Virus record (IMG/VR): IMGVR_UViG_3300044630_006877
Source of the DNA: an uncultured virus (IMG/VR IMGVR_UViG_3300044630_006877)
Taxonomy: Duplodnaviria; Heunggongvirae; Uroviricota; Caudoviricetes
Strand: one strand, 5' to 3'
Length of the DNA stretch: 64,000 nucleotides
Shown piece after piece: positions 1 through 8,722 of the stretch (positions within the stretch are counted from its first letter, which is position 1; each line of letters starts with the position of its first letter). Under the pieces are notes generated by a model that saw only the letters and a list, made by a program, of their open reading frames with translations, had not been told where the DNA came from and did not search any database. The translations under genes were made by a program, and so were the position numbers.

Positions 1-396
1 AAAGTGGGCGGGCCTTCAAGTTGCGGGTCGAGCACGCAAGACATCGGCAGGTACTGGTTCGATGGCGCCGACAAGGATAAGGCCATCATGGTCTACCGTG
101 GCGAAACGGGTGATCGCTCTGACCCGATTGGCGACGAGAACGCTGTTCTTGCCGAGATCTTTGAGCGCTGTGGCGACAAAGACATAGCCAAAAGGAAAAG
201 GGTTGTCCAGCAGGAAAGGCTCTATCGCATCTGGGGAGGGAAGACTGAATACTACAAGACATTCCCCTGGCTGAGAGGCGGGGATCAGTCGCATAGCGAC
301 GCCGATGTGGTGGACAACTGCTGCGTGGAGTGCGGGACGCGCGGCCTCGCCAAGAATTTGACACAGTGCGCAGGTTGCCGCAGAAGTGATTTTTAA
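1..396 (+). CDS. hypothetical protein, 5'-truncated, with C-terminal Cys-rich (CxxC...CxxC) motif
   Basis: Open frame from window edge to TAA at 394-396; CVECG...CAGC. Confidence 0.5.
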   Translation, partial: KVGGPSSCGSSTQDIGRYWFDGADKDKAIMVYRGETGDRSDPIGDENAVLAEIFERCGDKDIAKRKRVVQQERLYRIWGGKTEYYKTFPWLRGGDQSHSDADVVDNCCVECGTRGLAKNLTQCAGCRRSDF

Positions 397-509
397 ATTG
401 TCGGCGGGCACGCCAGAAGGTGAGTAAAAATTAAGATACTTGTGATCGCGGCCTTGCTGGCCACCCAATGTGTTTTTCTTTACAGGCAATGGAAACAGGA
501 GAATAATCA

Positions 510-680
510 ATGAACAAGGGATTGCTTTTGACGCGGCAGGTTGGCGAATCCTGCGTCTGCTTCCTGGGAGAAACAGAAGTCGAAGTGGTGATAGATGAGA
601 TTGTCGGAAGAAAGGTCCGCTTGCGTTTTATAGCGGACCAGTCTGTCGAGATCTTCCGGTCGGAACTTTTGGAACAATAA
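510..680 (+). CDS. csrA: CsrA/RsmA-like carbon storage regulator (56 aa, below the ORF-track cutoff)
   Basis: Manual translation MNKGLLLTRQVGESCVCFLGETEVEVVIDEIVGRKVRLRFIADQSVEIFRSELLEQ fits the CsrA pattern L(I)LTRxxGE...VRxxxxAxxxVxIxRxE; AGGAG RBS at 497-501. Confidence 0.8.
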   Translation: MNKGLLLTRQVGESCVCFLGETEVEVVIDEIVGRKVRLRFIADQSVEIFRSELLEQ

Positions 681-683
681 AAG

Positions 684-1145
684 CTATCCGTCAAAACCAA
701 CCCGCTGCTTCCAAAGATTAAGGCTTGGCCCAGCGGCGCGAAAAATTTGTGTCCCATATATCCTGACAACCGTCAGCATTTTTCTTGAAAGATTCTGGAA
801 CAACTCCTGACCGGCGGGTGAGTCCAGGGCGCCAGCCCAGACCTCCTGACCGGCCAGGTGCGCCAGATCCGCGGGCGTTTGATGTGCCGCCACCGGGTAG
901 AACATCACGCCACTCTTGTCCGGCCTCAAATGGTCGGGAATCCAACCATACAAAAAAGCGCAGTTCCAGGACCCGCAAACGTCGGGGCGGGACGGGTCTG
1001 TCCAGATACCGCATCCTCCCCCCTTTTTCCTGTGTGTGCAATCCGTGTACTCTGGCTTGCCCAGTTCACGCACTTCCAGCACCCTACAGCAAACATCACA
1101 CTCACCACAGGACTTGGTCAGCATGTTCAATGAAATCTTTTCCAT
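684..1145 (-). CDS. YkgJ-like CxxCxxCC zinc/iron-chelating protein
   Basis: CGECDVCC...C...GCGIW..RPDVC..WNC...RPDKSGV. Confidence 0.75.
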   Translation of the reverse strand: MEKISLNMLTKSCGECDVCCRVLEVRELGKPEYTDCTHRKKGGGCGIWTDPSRPDVCGSWNCAFLYGWIPDHLRPDKSGVMFYPVAAHQTPADLAHLAGQEVWAGALDSPAGQELFQNLSRKMLTVVRIYGTQIFRAAGPSLNLWKQRVGFDG

Positions 1146-1201
1146 GATATTCCTTGATGGTTCAACCGTGTCAGCCTATTGGTTATAAGTAGTTTGACAT
1201 A

Positions 1202-1465
1202 GCCCCCGGTTGGGCAAGCCGTCGCATCAACGGGACTGAGGTCAGTGGTGCAGGTCGTAGACCCCGACCGTCGTGTAGTGGTCCTTCAGATGCATATATA
1301 AAGCTATCTGTCGTAAGCTTGGTGCCCGGTAAGGTAAAGAGGAGTTCACGGCCGGGAGGGGACGCAAATCCCCGCTGCCAGAGATCAGCGTTGTCCGACA
1401 GGGCGACTTTGGCGGAAGAAGTGGATTGATCCACCCCAAGCTACCCCCCAACCTTTTCGCCGGGC
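1202..1465 (+). ncRNA. candidate structured non-coding RNA, family unknown
   Basis: Nested helices seen by eye: 1208-1214/1447-1453, 1316-1322/1436-1442, 1325-1329/1352-1356, 1358-1362/1369-1373, 1375-1383/1407-1415, 1421-1425/1430-1434; G-T pairs favour the + strand. Confidence 0.5.
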
Positions 1466-1824
1466 CTCCTCATACCCTGAACCCTAAGAAAACATAAAAC
1501 CCCCCAGCATTAAACTCTGAACCCACACCACCCTGAAGCAGCGTCGACAAGAAGAAGAGTAGGCAGACCCCCAAGCCGGTGCGCGAAGCGTTGGCGGTAG
1601 ACGCCAAAGGTAATACCGGCTTCAACTTCAATAGAAAGACTTCAATAAGACAAACGAAAGAATCAGTTGTAACAGAAGAATGAAAAAATCTACTTGACAC
1701 AAAAAAACGCAAAGAATAAGCTTGAAAAAGTTGAGGCAATTGACACTAGCAATAATCTCAATTTTGTTATGGAGAAAGTTGGTCAGGAACGACCCTTGAT
1801 TTTGTCCCCAAATCGAGGCTTTGT

Positions 1825-2376
1825 ATGGATATTTGTTTTGATGATCCGGTCGCTACTCTGTATTTAAACGGCTATCTTGATAGTATTTTCAAGAAGAAGC
1901 CCTTGGTCAAGAAAGACTGGGACGTGGAAGATTTTTGCCAGGAACTTTCGATGAGCTACATCCGCAAGGTTCCCGAAAATACCAGAAAAACCCTGTCGGA
2001 AAAACACAAGGAGTGCTTGGTCAAGCGCATGGCCTCCCAACTGCTCAACGACAAGTTGCGCCAGATACAGCGGGCCAAGCGCGACTGTCGTCGTTCTGTG
2101 TCTGCCGAATTCGACTTTGTTGCGGCGGAAGACAGCGTTCTAGAAAGCCTGTGCGACCAGGAGTCCTGGGAGTCCTTGCGTAGCCGCATCGACGACGAAA
2201 CCTGGATGGTCTTCCGGATGAGAGCCAGCGGTTTCAAGTGGGACAGAATCGCCCGTCAATTGGGCCAGGACAGCCCCAACGCCCTGCGGATGAGATACAG
2301 ACGCAATGTCAACAACCTGGTCATTCTTTCTCAGGGTGATGATCGAGCGACGCAGGGGCTTGTCCGGCCAGCATGA
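1825..2376 (+). CDS. ECF/sigma-70-like RNA polymerase sigma factor
   Basis: Region 2-like 'DVEDFCQE' and region 4 HTH 'VFRMRASGFKWDRIARQLG..PNALRMRYRR'. Confidence 0.7.
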   Translation: MDICFDDPVATLYLNGYLDSIFKKKPLVKKDWDVEDFCQELSMSYIRKVPENTRKTLSEKHKECLVKRMASQLLNDKLRQIQRAKRDCRRSVSAEFDFVAAEDSVLESLCDQESWESLRSRIDDETWMVFRMRASGFKWDRIARQLGQDSPNALRMRYRRNVNNLVILSQGDDRATQGLVRPA

Positions 2377-2460
2377 TTGGGCGGATGTCCCGCGCAAGAC
2401 AGCCCGGTTGCGCTTGATCTTGGCTCACCGAGCGTGATGACCGACCTATTATCTTGAGCT

Positions 2461-2497
2461 AAAAGGGGTGCTGCACATGGGTGCGGCGCCTTTTTTG
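2461..2497 (+). terminator. rho-independent terminator
   Basis: ggtgctgcac-atgg-gtgcggcgcc hairpin followed by a T-run. Confidence 0.6.
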
Positions 2498-2616
2498 TTT
2501 TATCCTCCCAGCACTAACTCGTCCGCATTTCCATCGTTTGCAGGGTAGTATCTGTCGAGTGATCCTTCCGTTCAACCCGGGGTATAGTCCTATGATAAAT
2601 CCAGGAGCGCCAACTA

Positions 2617-3083
2617 TGGACATCTCGGTTGAATATATGGTTAAGCGCCACCTGCAAGATGTTCTCGAAGTAGAACGTGCGGCATGGACTTACCAAGACA
2701 AAGACTTCGGCGAAATACTCCATCCTTTCCATTGGGATGAGGCCAAGTTTATTAGCGAGGTGCGTCGCAAGTCTACGGTATTTTATGTGGCGGCCGAAGG
2801 GCCGGTGGTGGGCGGGTTTGCGGTTGTCTCACGCAACAAAGACCGATCCAGCACCACGGTGGAACGCCTGGCTGTCCACCCTCTTTTCCGTCGACGCAGT
2901 CTTGGGTCGGCCATGCTCGAGGAAATCCTGACCAGAAGCGTGAGCAATCAATTCACAGCCCACGTTCGGGAACACGACGAAAATTCTATCTATTTCTTCT
3001 TGTCCAAGGGTTGGCGGGGCAAATTGGCTGTCAACCTGTATGGTCGTGACCAAGACGGAATCATTTTTTCTCGTCCAGACTAA
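2617..3083 (+). CDS. GNAT N-acetyltransferase (RimI-like)
   Basis: LQDVLEVERAA; RLAVHPLFRRRSLGSAML acetyl-CoA motif; HVREHDENSIYFFLSKGW; start uncertain (2593 or 2617). Confidence 0.8.
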
Positions 3084-3153
3084 TTACTTAACAATCGTCC
3101 CGATTAAGAATATGCTGACTTAGTCAGTTTTTATTCTTTCTTTGGGAGTTATC

Positions 3154-3645
3154 ATGCCTAACAAGCTGCTTGAAGACGCTCGAGACATTCTTGATTCCCT
3201 GCTTCAAACCACGCAGAATTCAACCTTTCACCAGCGTGTGACGGAAGCCTATGTCAATGTTTCTCGCGGCGTCGAGGAACTGAAGAAAACCATTTCCGAC
3301 CGGGAAAACGCTTTTCAGCAGCAGCTAATCCACGAAGCGATGAAAGCCACCTGGGCTTCGACCGCCGACGTGGAAAAGGCTATCGTCAGCGAAAACCCCG
3401 CTTCTCATCTGATTTCGATACGGCCCACTGACAAATTTGAGGGATTTGAGCTGACAGACGCTCTCTTTCAGACCAAAACCATCCCGATCGCGGCTATCAC
3501 AGTGCCAGCAAATGCTGCCGAGAAGCAGATCACCCTCAACTCCATCACCATCATCGATGGCGGACTCAAAATATCCTTCGGGCCTGACGATCGGTTCTAT
3601 TCCGTCGAGACAGCATCCCTTCTTGCCGTCGAGGAGCCTTCGTGA
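3154..3645 (+). CDS. hypothetical protein
   Basis: ORF with GGGAG RBS, coupled to next gene. Confidence 0.6.
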   Translation: MPNKLLEDARDILDSLLQTTQNSTFHQRVTEAYVNVSRGVEELKKTISDRENAFQQQLIHEAMKATWASTADVEKAIVSENPASHLISIRPTDKFEGFELTDALFQTKTIPIAAITVPANAAEKQITLNSITIIDGGLKISFGPDDRFYSVETASLLAVEEPS

Positions 3646-3860
3646 TACACACCTCCATCGAGGGCGACTTGATGACGATTGTTGACCGACGGATTAACCG
3701 TTGGTTTGACTCAATCGAGAAGGCAAAGAAAGCCGGTTACCGAGTTGTTTCGGTGCGGTGTGTGCGTGGTTGGTTTTTTAATTCTTATGTGGCGGCATTG
3801 ACTCTCACTTCGGGTATCAATGTCGACTTTACGATCGGTCCTGTGCGGACACGTTCTTAG
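3642..3860 (+). CDS. hypothetical protein
   Basis: GTGA overlap with upstream ORF. Confidence 0.5.
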   Translation: MIHTSIEGDLMTIVDRRINRWFDSIEKAKKAGYRVVSVRCVRGWFFNSYVAALTLTSGINVDFTIGPVRTRS

Positions 3861-3869
3861 GAGATTGCC

Positions 3870-4193
3870 ATGTCCTTGATTCTTACAGACAGCCAGGAAG
3901 TTGCCCTTTCGGTCACGCCCGTCAGCAAGGCGGGGAATGTCGTCGGGGTTGAGACCCCCGCGTGGTCCTCGTCCGACCCCTCGGTGATCGATATTCAGGT
4001 CGACGAGAACGACCCCCTGAAGGTCCTGGTCAAGACGACCGGCAAGGTTGGCTCGGCTCAGGTCAAGTTTTCCTGCGACGCCAGGATTGGCGAGGGGGTC
4101 AGCCCACTTCTATCCACGTTGGATGTCGAGGTGGTCGCCGGTGAGGCCGTCAACCTGAAGATCGACGCCGCCACCCCGACCGACAAGGCGTAA
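3870..4193 (+). CDS. Ig-like (Big_2-type) domain protein
   Basis: WSSSDPSVI...GKVGSAQV pattern; AGGAG RBS. Confidence 0.65.
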   Translation: MSLILTDSQEVALSVTPVSKAGNVVGVETPAWSSSDPSVIDIQVDENDPLKVLVKTTGKVGSAQVKFSCDARIGEGVSPLLSTLDVEVVAGEAVNLKIDAATPTDKA

Positions 4194-4201
4194 AAAATCC
4201 C

Positions 4202-4480
4202 ATGGTAAAGCGCGCGACATACATCGAAGCCCTTCAAAAGATGAATGATGATTCCTTTTGGGACGGCATCTACGATAATGTTGAACGGCTTTACCTCATG
4301 GAGCCACTCATCCATGCGATGGAGGCTTTCGCCGTCTCTGAACAGGCTCTCGCTCTCGCCAAGGAGGTCATCATCTCCTTGGTGGAGGGCAAGCCTGGGG
4401 CGAAAGCGATGGCCGAGTTGTTTCTGAAAGAGATTGCTGATGAGTCCGGCGCTCACCAAGACAAAATTCAGGGAGAGTAG
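4202..4480 (+). CDS. hypothetical protein
   Basis: ORF in operon context. Confidence 0.55.
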   Translation: MVKRATYIEALQKMNDDSFWDGIYDNVERLYLMEPLIHAMEAFAVSEQALALAKEVIISLVEGKPGAKAMAELFLKEIADESGAHQDKIQGE

Positions 4481-4481
4481 G

Positions 4482-4760
4482 ATGCCCAAGCATTGGCATG
4501 ATTCCATCAGGATTCAACAGCCCGCCGACATGAAAGCGGTCAAGGATGACATTCAGACATTGGATATCAAGGTCGAACCCGCAGACGACCGCCACTACAT
4601 CGTCATCAAGACCAAGCGGTGGGCTTTCGAGGTGGGTGAGCTGGACGACTTCATCGCCTATCTCAAGCAGTTGTGCCAGTCGGCCGACCAGGCCGTGGAT
4701 GAGGCGCTGTCCTCGACGGAATTCCCTGGCTGCGAGAACTTTCGTTTGGAGGCGAGATGA
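4482..4760 (+). CDS. hypothetical protein
   Basis: ORF with GGAG RBS; YIVIKTKRWAF motif. Confidence 0.55.
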   Translation: MPKHWHDSIRIQQPADMKAVKDDIQTLDIKVEPADDRHYIVIKTKRWAFEVGELDDFIAYLKQLCQSADQAVDEALSSTEFPGCENFRLEAR

Positions 4761-5293
4761 TGACCGAGAACGAACTGAGTATCATCCGTTGCCGGGCTGA
4801 AAAGGCGACCCCTGGACCGTGGTTCCCTTCTATCACCGATGATGACATGTGCATGAACGCCTGCTATGTCACGACCAAACCATCCGTTTTTGAGCACGAT
4901 AATCGGCTTGGCATGGCGCCGGGCCGAGATGATCACGAGGCCGTGGTTTGTATCACCTTGCTTCAGCATCCGCGTTTAGCCTGCCACAAGGCGCAGCGGT
5001 GGGAGGAAGACACCGACTTTATCGCACATGCTCGAGAAGATGTCCCGGCCCTGTTGAAAGCGGTCTGGGATTTGGAACGGCACAATGAGGAACTCAATTG
5101 TCTAACGGGACTACAAGACATGCAAATTAAAAAGCTGGAATCTTTACTGGCGATGATCGCCAGACACCCAGCCCTGTTGAATGTCAAAATCCCCTACCTC
5201 AACGACCAGGCCCTTGCCGACATCATTCAATCCGGCGATTTAGATCGTTTAACCAGCGCTGTTCACTTCATAGAAAATGGCGGTGGGAAATGA
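4757..5293 (+). CDS. Ead/Ea22-like phage protein
   Basis: AEKATPGPW...DFIAHAREDVPALL signature followed by a coiled coil. Confidence 0.7.
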   Translation: MMTENELSIIRCRAEKATPGPWFPSITDDDMCMNACYVTTKPSVFEHDNRLGMAPGRDDHEAVVCITLLQHPRLACHKAQRWEEDTDFIAHAREDVPALLKAVWDLERHNEELNCLTGLQDMQIKKLESLLAMIARHPALLNVKIPYLNDQALADIIQSGDLDRLTSAVHFIENGGGK

Positions 5294-5502
5294 ATAGCAT
5301 TCTCCAGACAGAAGTCACCGTCAAGAACCTGGAGGATGGCAACTGGAAGTGGCACGTTCAAGTTGAATACGACGATGGTGCCGACGTCTGGCAAATCACC
5401 GAAGATGGCACTGAGTCCTCGTATCTGACAGCCAGGGAAGCGGCGGCGGACTCCCTGTATCTGGCCGAGAAGGAAATTCTTGCGGAGCAACATGATGTCT
5501 GA
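5290..5502 (+). CDS. hypothetical protein
   Basis: ATGA-coupled small ORF. Confidence 0.5.
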   Translation: MNSILQTEVTVKNLEDGNWKWHVQVEYDDGADVWQITEDGTESSYLTAREAAADSLYLAEKEILAEQHDV

Positions 5503-5668
5503 TTCAGAGAAACAGCTACAGGAAGCAAGGTTGGAGATTACCAAACTGCGCCATTTGATACTTGAACAAACCAGCATCACCTGCCGTGGTCAAAAATACT
5601 GGCCCGAATGGGTAAATAAATATTTTGAATCTATCGACTCGCTGCCAAGCGAAGGGGGTGGGGAGTGA
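5492..5668 (+). CDS. small hypothetical protein ending in GGE
   Basis: GGAG RBS; ends at a junction motif. Confidence 0.5.
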   Translation: MMSDSEKQLQEARLEITKLRHLILEQTSITCRGQKYWPEWVNKYFESIDSLPSEGGGE

Positions 5669-5919
5669 GTGACCGAGACGCAATACATACTCTGACCGAA
5701 TTGCAGGAGGCCAGGGCCGAGGTCGACCGGTTGCGTGACTTGCTCCGCTGGCGTGATGCGTATGGTGAACCGCCAACGGAGGAAGGCATCTATCTTGTGA
5801 TAAATAACGACTTCGATGGTGGCACAAGCATCCACGCCACTTACTGGAAAGGCAAGTGGCCAATCGAATTTACGGTTGCTAACTGGCGGCCGATTGGTTC
5901 CAAGCCGGGAGGTGAGTGA
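5665..5919 (+). CDS. DUF551-like small phage protein
   Basis: LRW....EPPTEEGIYLV...W.PI pattern. Confidence 0.55.
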   Translation: MSDRDAIHTLTELQEARAEVDRLRDLLRWRDAYGEPPTEEGIYLVINNDFDGGTSIHATYWKGKWPIEFTVANWRPIGSKPGGE

Positions 5920-6239
5920 TGAGTCTTGACTTTTACATCAGCTATCCAGCCATTCAGAAAGACGATTTCAACATCACTCACAATGTTGGCGTAATGGCTG
6001 ATCATGCTGGTATTTATAAGTGTCTTTGGAGGCCTGAAGAAAACGGATATAAAACCGCCGCAGACATTATTCCTATCTTGGAAGCTGGTTTGCGAGATCT
6101 TAGAGCAAGACCTAAGTTTTTTAAGAAGCACAACTGTCCAAACGGATACGGGACTTATGAAGGCCTAGTCCGGTTTGTGGAGAAAGTTCTGGAATGTTGC
6201 CACCAACACCCAGAAGGTCTGATTGAGGCGTGTAGATAA
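5919..6239 (+). CDS. conserved phage hypothetical protein
   Basis: NITHNVGVMA..AGIY..LW.PEE...PNGYGTYEGLV.FV..L..C pattern recalled from other phages. Confidence 0.65.
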   Translation: MSLDFYISYPAIQKDDFNITHNVGVMADHAGIYKCLWRPEENGYKTAADIIPILEAGLRDLRARPKFFKKHNCPNGYGTYEGLVRFVEKVLECCHQHPEGLIEACR

Positions 6240-6241
6240 TT

Positions 6242-6547
6242 ATGGCAGAAGGACCACTAAGACCGCCAATTGTTCCAAAGCTAAAGAACCCACCACCGAG
6301 GCCGAACCCAGAATTGCAACCGCCGATGGTTATTCATCTAGGTGCAGACATAAAACAGGCGCCAACTTTTGCTGTTCGATTTTTAATTTCCTGCTTGATT
6401 GCTGTTTTGTTTTTGGGGGCTATTGCTGGCTTTTCTATTTTATGCACGCTTCAACCAGTGATTAGCATCGGGTTACTGGCGATACTTTTTGTTTTGGGCG
6501 CTGCCTATGCCTTGGCAACTGATGATTCACATTGGGGAGGGGAGTGA
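6242..6547 (+). CDS. small membrane protein (2 predicted TM helices)
   Basis: Pro-rich N-terminus and two hydrophobic stretches; ends in GGE. Confidence 0.55.
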   Translation: MAEGPLRPPIVPKLKNPPPRPNPELQPPMVIHLGADIKQAPTFAVRFLISCLIAVLFLGAIAGFSILCTLQPVISIGLLAILFVLGAAYALATDDSHWGGE

Positions 6548-6548
6548 C

Positions 6549-6863
6549 ATGGAACCAACACCAATGGAGAAGATTATCGGCAAGTGGCCGGGGAATGAAA
6601 CGGATGAGGAGATCCAAGCGGTAATTGATGCAATGGACCCGGTTAAGCAATTGCGTGAGGAAAACGCCAAGCTGCGTGATCAACTCCGCTGGCGTAAGTG
6701 GCCGGAGGAATCTCCAAGCGAAAGCGGATTCTATCTGGTAGGAAGGCATGGACTGAGCTATACACAGGCGAGGTATTTCCATGCTGGTTGCAACGATTGG
6801 GATGTTATGTGGAAGAATTTTTACTGGATGCCACAAATACCGTTGCCAAAGGAGGGTGAGTGA
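6549..6863 (+). CDS. DUF551-like small phage protein with N-terminal IIGKWPGxETDEEI module
   Basis: LRDQLRWRKWPEESPSESGFYLV...YWMPQIPLP is paralogous to 5665-5919. Confidence 0.6.
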   Translation: MEPTPMEKIIGKWPGNETDEEIQAVIDAMDPVKQLREENAKLRDQLRWRKWPEESPSESGFYLVGRHGLSYTQARYFHAGCNDWDVMWKNFYWMPQIPLPKEGE

Positions 6864-7042
6864 TGAACGATTGCTGCAAACAAGCCATTGCCGATTTTGT
6901 CGCAAAAATTAACGACAAATTCGGGCCAATGATGGACACGAAAGACCCCAACACTCCCATGACTGAAGAGCAGTTTGGGATGTTTAAGGTTGTGGTTTTC
7001 ATGTCTGGACTGCTTGAGGATATATCGCCGCAAGGCGATTGA
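6863..7042 (+). CDS. small hypothetical protein
   Basis: TGATG-coupled ORF. Confidence 0.45.
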   Translation: MNDCCKQAIADFVAKINDKFGPMMDTKDPNTPMTEEQFGMFKVVVFMSGLLEDISPQGD

Positions 7043-7109
7043 ACCACGGCGACACCTGCCGTTTCCAGTGGTGTGACTCCAGAGAGATGGAATGTTTGGA
7101 GGTTTAATC

Positions 7110-7406
7110 ATGTCTGAAGAGAAAAGTGTTCCGGGTTTCTGGACTAGTTCGTGCTGTGCTTATTCCGACAGCCACCAGAGGATGCCTGTACTAGCTGCTG
7201 AGCCAAACGGCGACAGCAGCAGGTACGGGTACTTGAAGTACCTTTCGTTCAAGGACAACAAGGCATCCCTGCAAGTTGGTGCGATTTCTGGCGAAAATGG
7301 CAAAAACATCAAGTTTTACGATGTGCCAGACGCTGTTGCTGAGGCTGCAATTCAAGCGGCGATGTCGATTGTGACTGCTTGGTACAACGGCAGAGTTGGT
7401 GGCTAA
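7110..7406 (+). CDS. hypothetical protein
   Basis: GGAGG RBS. Confidence 0.55.
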   Translation: MSEEKSVPGFWTSSCCAYSDSHQRMPVLAAEPNGDSSRYGYLKYLSFKDNKASLQVGAISGENGKNIKFYDVPDAVAEAAIQAAMSIVTAWYNGRVGG

Positions 7407-7484
7407 GCGGTTGTTTGTGCCCAGCTAGTCGTTGTGGCTGGCTGGGCGTTCAGCGGGAGGATGCAATGGGCGACTGGGTGAAAA

Positions 7485-7849
7485 GCTGCCGGGAGGGGAG
7501 TGATGAGTGAAGAGAAGCGTGTCCAGATTAGTGATTCTTTGAGTATCTCTGCTGACGACTGGAAGAAAGTTCAGTTTCAACTTGCGGAAAGCAAAGGCCG
7601 TTTGGATTACTATTACGGCGATGCCGAGCGCAGGTATCACGAATTGCACGAGGTGCGAAAGCGTGTTACCGCAATCGAAGGCTGGAAAAAGTCATTGATG
7701 TTCTGGCTGAAGTTTGCGGCTTGGTGCTTGTTCGCTGTTGTTGCATTTTTCTTGTTTACCACGGCATTTTTTGTGTTCGGCAACAAGGATATTAGGGTTC
7801 AATACCTAAACCAAAAAATTAGTAACCCGCTGCCGGGAGGGGAGTGATG
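7485..7849 (+). repeat. 21 bp exact direct repeat gctgccgggaggggagtgatg at 7485-7505 and 7829-7849, flanking one ORF
   Basis: Read directly from the sequence. Confidence 0.85.
7503..7847 (+). CDS. membrane-anchored hypothetical protein ending in LPGGE
   Basis: Coiled coil plus one TM segment. Confidence 0.55.
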   Translation: MSEEKRVQISDSLSISADDWKKVQFQLAESKGRLDYYYGDAERRYHELHEVRKRVTAIEGWKKSLMFWLKFAAWCLFAVVAFFLFTTAFFVFGNKDIRVQYLNQKISNPLPGGE

Positions 7850-8007
7850 TGGTTTAATCCACTTTGGTGGTCACTATTGCTTTTTGAATTGGTTAATTTT
7901 TTAGATGATTCTATTTTTGAGGCCAAGCAAAATCGTAAACGGCTGCAACAAACATCAAAATCTTCCGGACGATCAAAAAAAACTTTTCACCGCTAAGGGA
8001 TTAGCCC

Positions 8008-8550
8008 ATGATCGCTTTTGCCAAGATGGCGATTATTTATCTGATTGTCTTTGAGCGGGTTTGGCTGCCACCTGCCGCAGTTCAAGACAATCCTTTTGTA
8101 AGAAATTTGATTGCCTGGGTCGCTCAAGATCTTGAACTCTACGAATACCCCGAATGCAAAACCTTGTGGAAGGCGAGAGACGCCTACGAGCAATCGCGAT
8201 CCTGTCGTGGGCGCATAGCCGACATCCAGAAGTTTTTCTTTGTCGACTTCGGAGTGGAGGGGTCGACCTGTTACATGATCTGGATACTGAAATACAACCG
8301 CCCCTTTGAGGAGCTTTGCCGTCGCCGCATCCTGGAAAGCTACGGCGAGTCGCGCGACTTCTGGATTTCTGTCCATCGGCAAAATGATCAAATTTATCAC
8401 ATTTACGATTTGCTTGATGACATGCACCGATCCATCCCTCTTTATTGTAAGCGCCTTAAGCTAGATCGTTTGCGTCAGCTTTTGGGGGATGAGGCCTACG
8501 AGGCTGGTTGGTTTCCCAACCCCACCCCAACCTGGAGATTCTTGCCGTGA
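8008..8550 (+). CDS. hypothetical protein
   Basis: 180 aa ORF. Confidence 0.55.
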   Translation: MIAFAKMAIIYLIVFERVWLPPAAVQDNPFVRNLIAWVAQDLELYEYPECKTLWKARDAYEQSRSCRGRIADIQKFFFVDFGVEGSTCYMIWILKYNRPFEELCRRRILESYGESRDFWISVHRQNDQIYHIYDLLDDMHRSIPLYCKRLKLDRLRQLLGDEAYEAGWFPNPTPTWRFLP

Positions 8551-8722
8551 TCGAACACAATCTTTATCGTTTCTTATCTGATTTGATCTGTGTTTCCAGT
8601 TTCACATTCTTAGCTTGGATGTTACTTCGGAAAAAGTGACTAGACGGATCGGTCGGACATTTCTACCCTGTAGAGACGGTGGGGGCAGGCAGCCCACATC
8701 CTTTCTTATGGACGAGGTAATT

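Noticed and set aside
1330..1400. GGGACGCAAA resembles the c-di-GMP-I riboswitch core
   Set aside because: The preceding GNRA-capped stem and the downstream conserved pairing are missing, and the segment forms its own hairpin
1183..1739. Short minus-strand ORFs (1183-1434, 1242-1451, 1470-1739)
   Set aside because: No recognisable motifs or RBS and low-complexity composition; the region is better explained as non-coding
5640..7850. Repeated junction motif as a CRISPR array or integron attC sites
   Set aside because: Spacing is irregular and gene-sized, the repeats are not palindromic, and no cas or integrase gene is present
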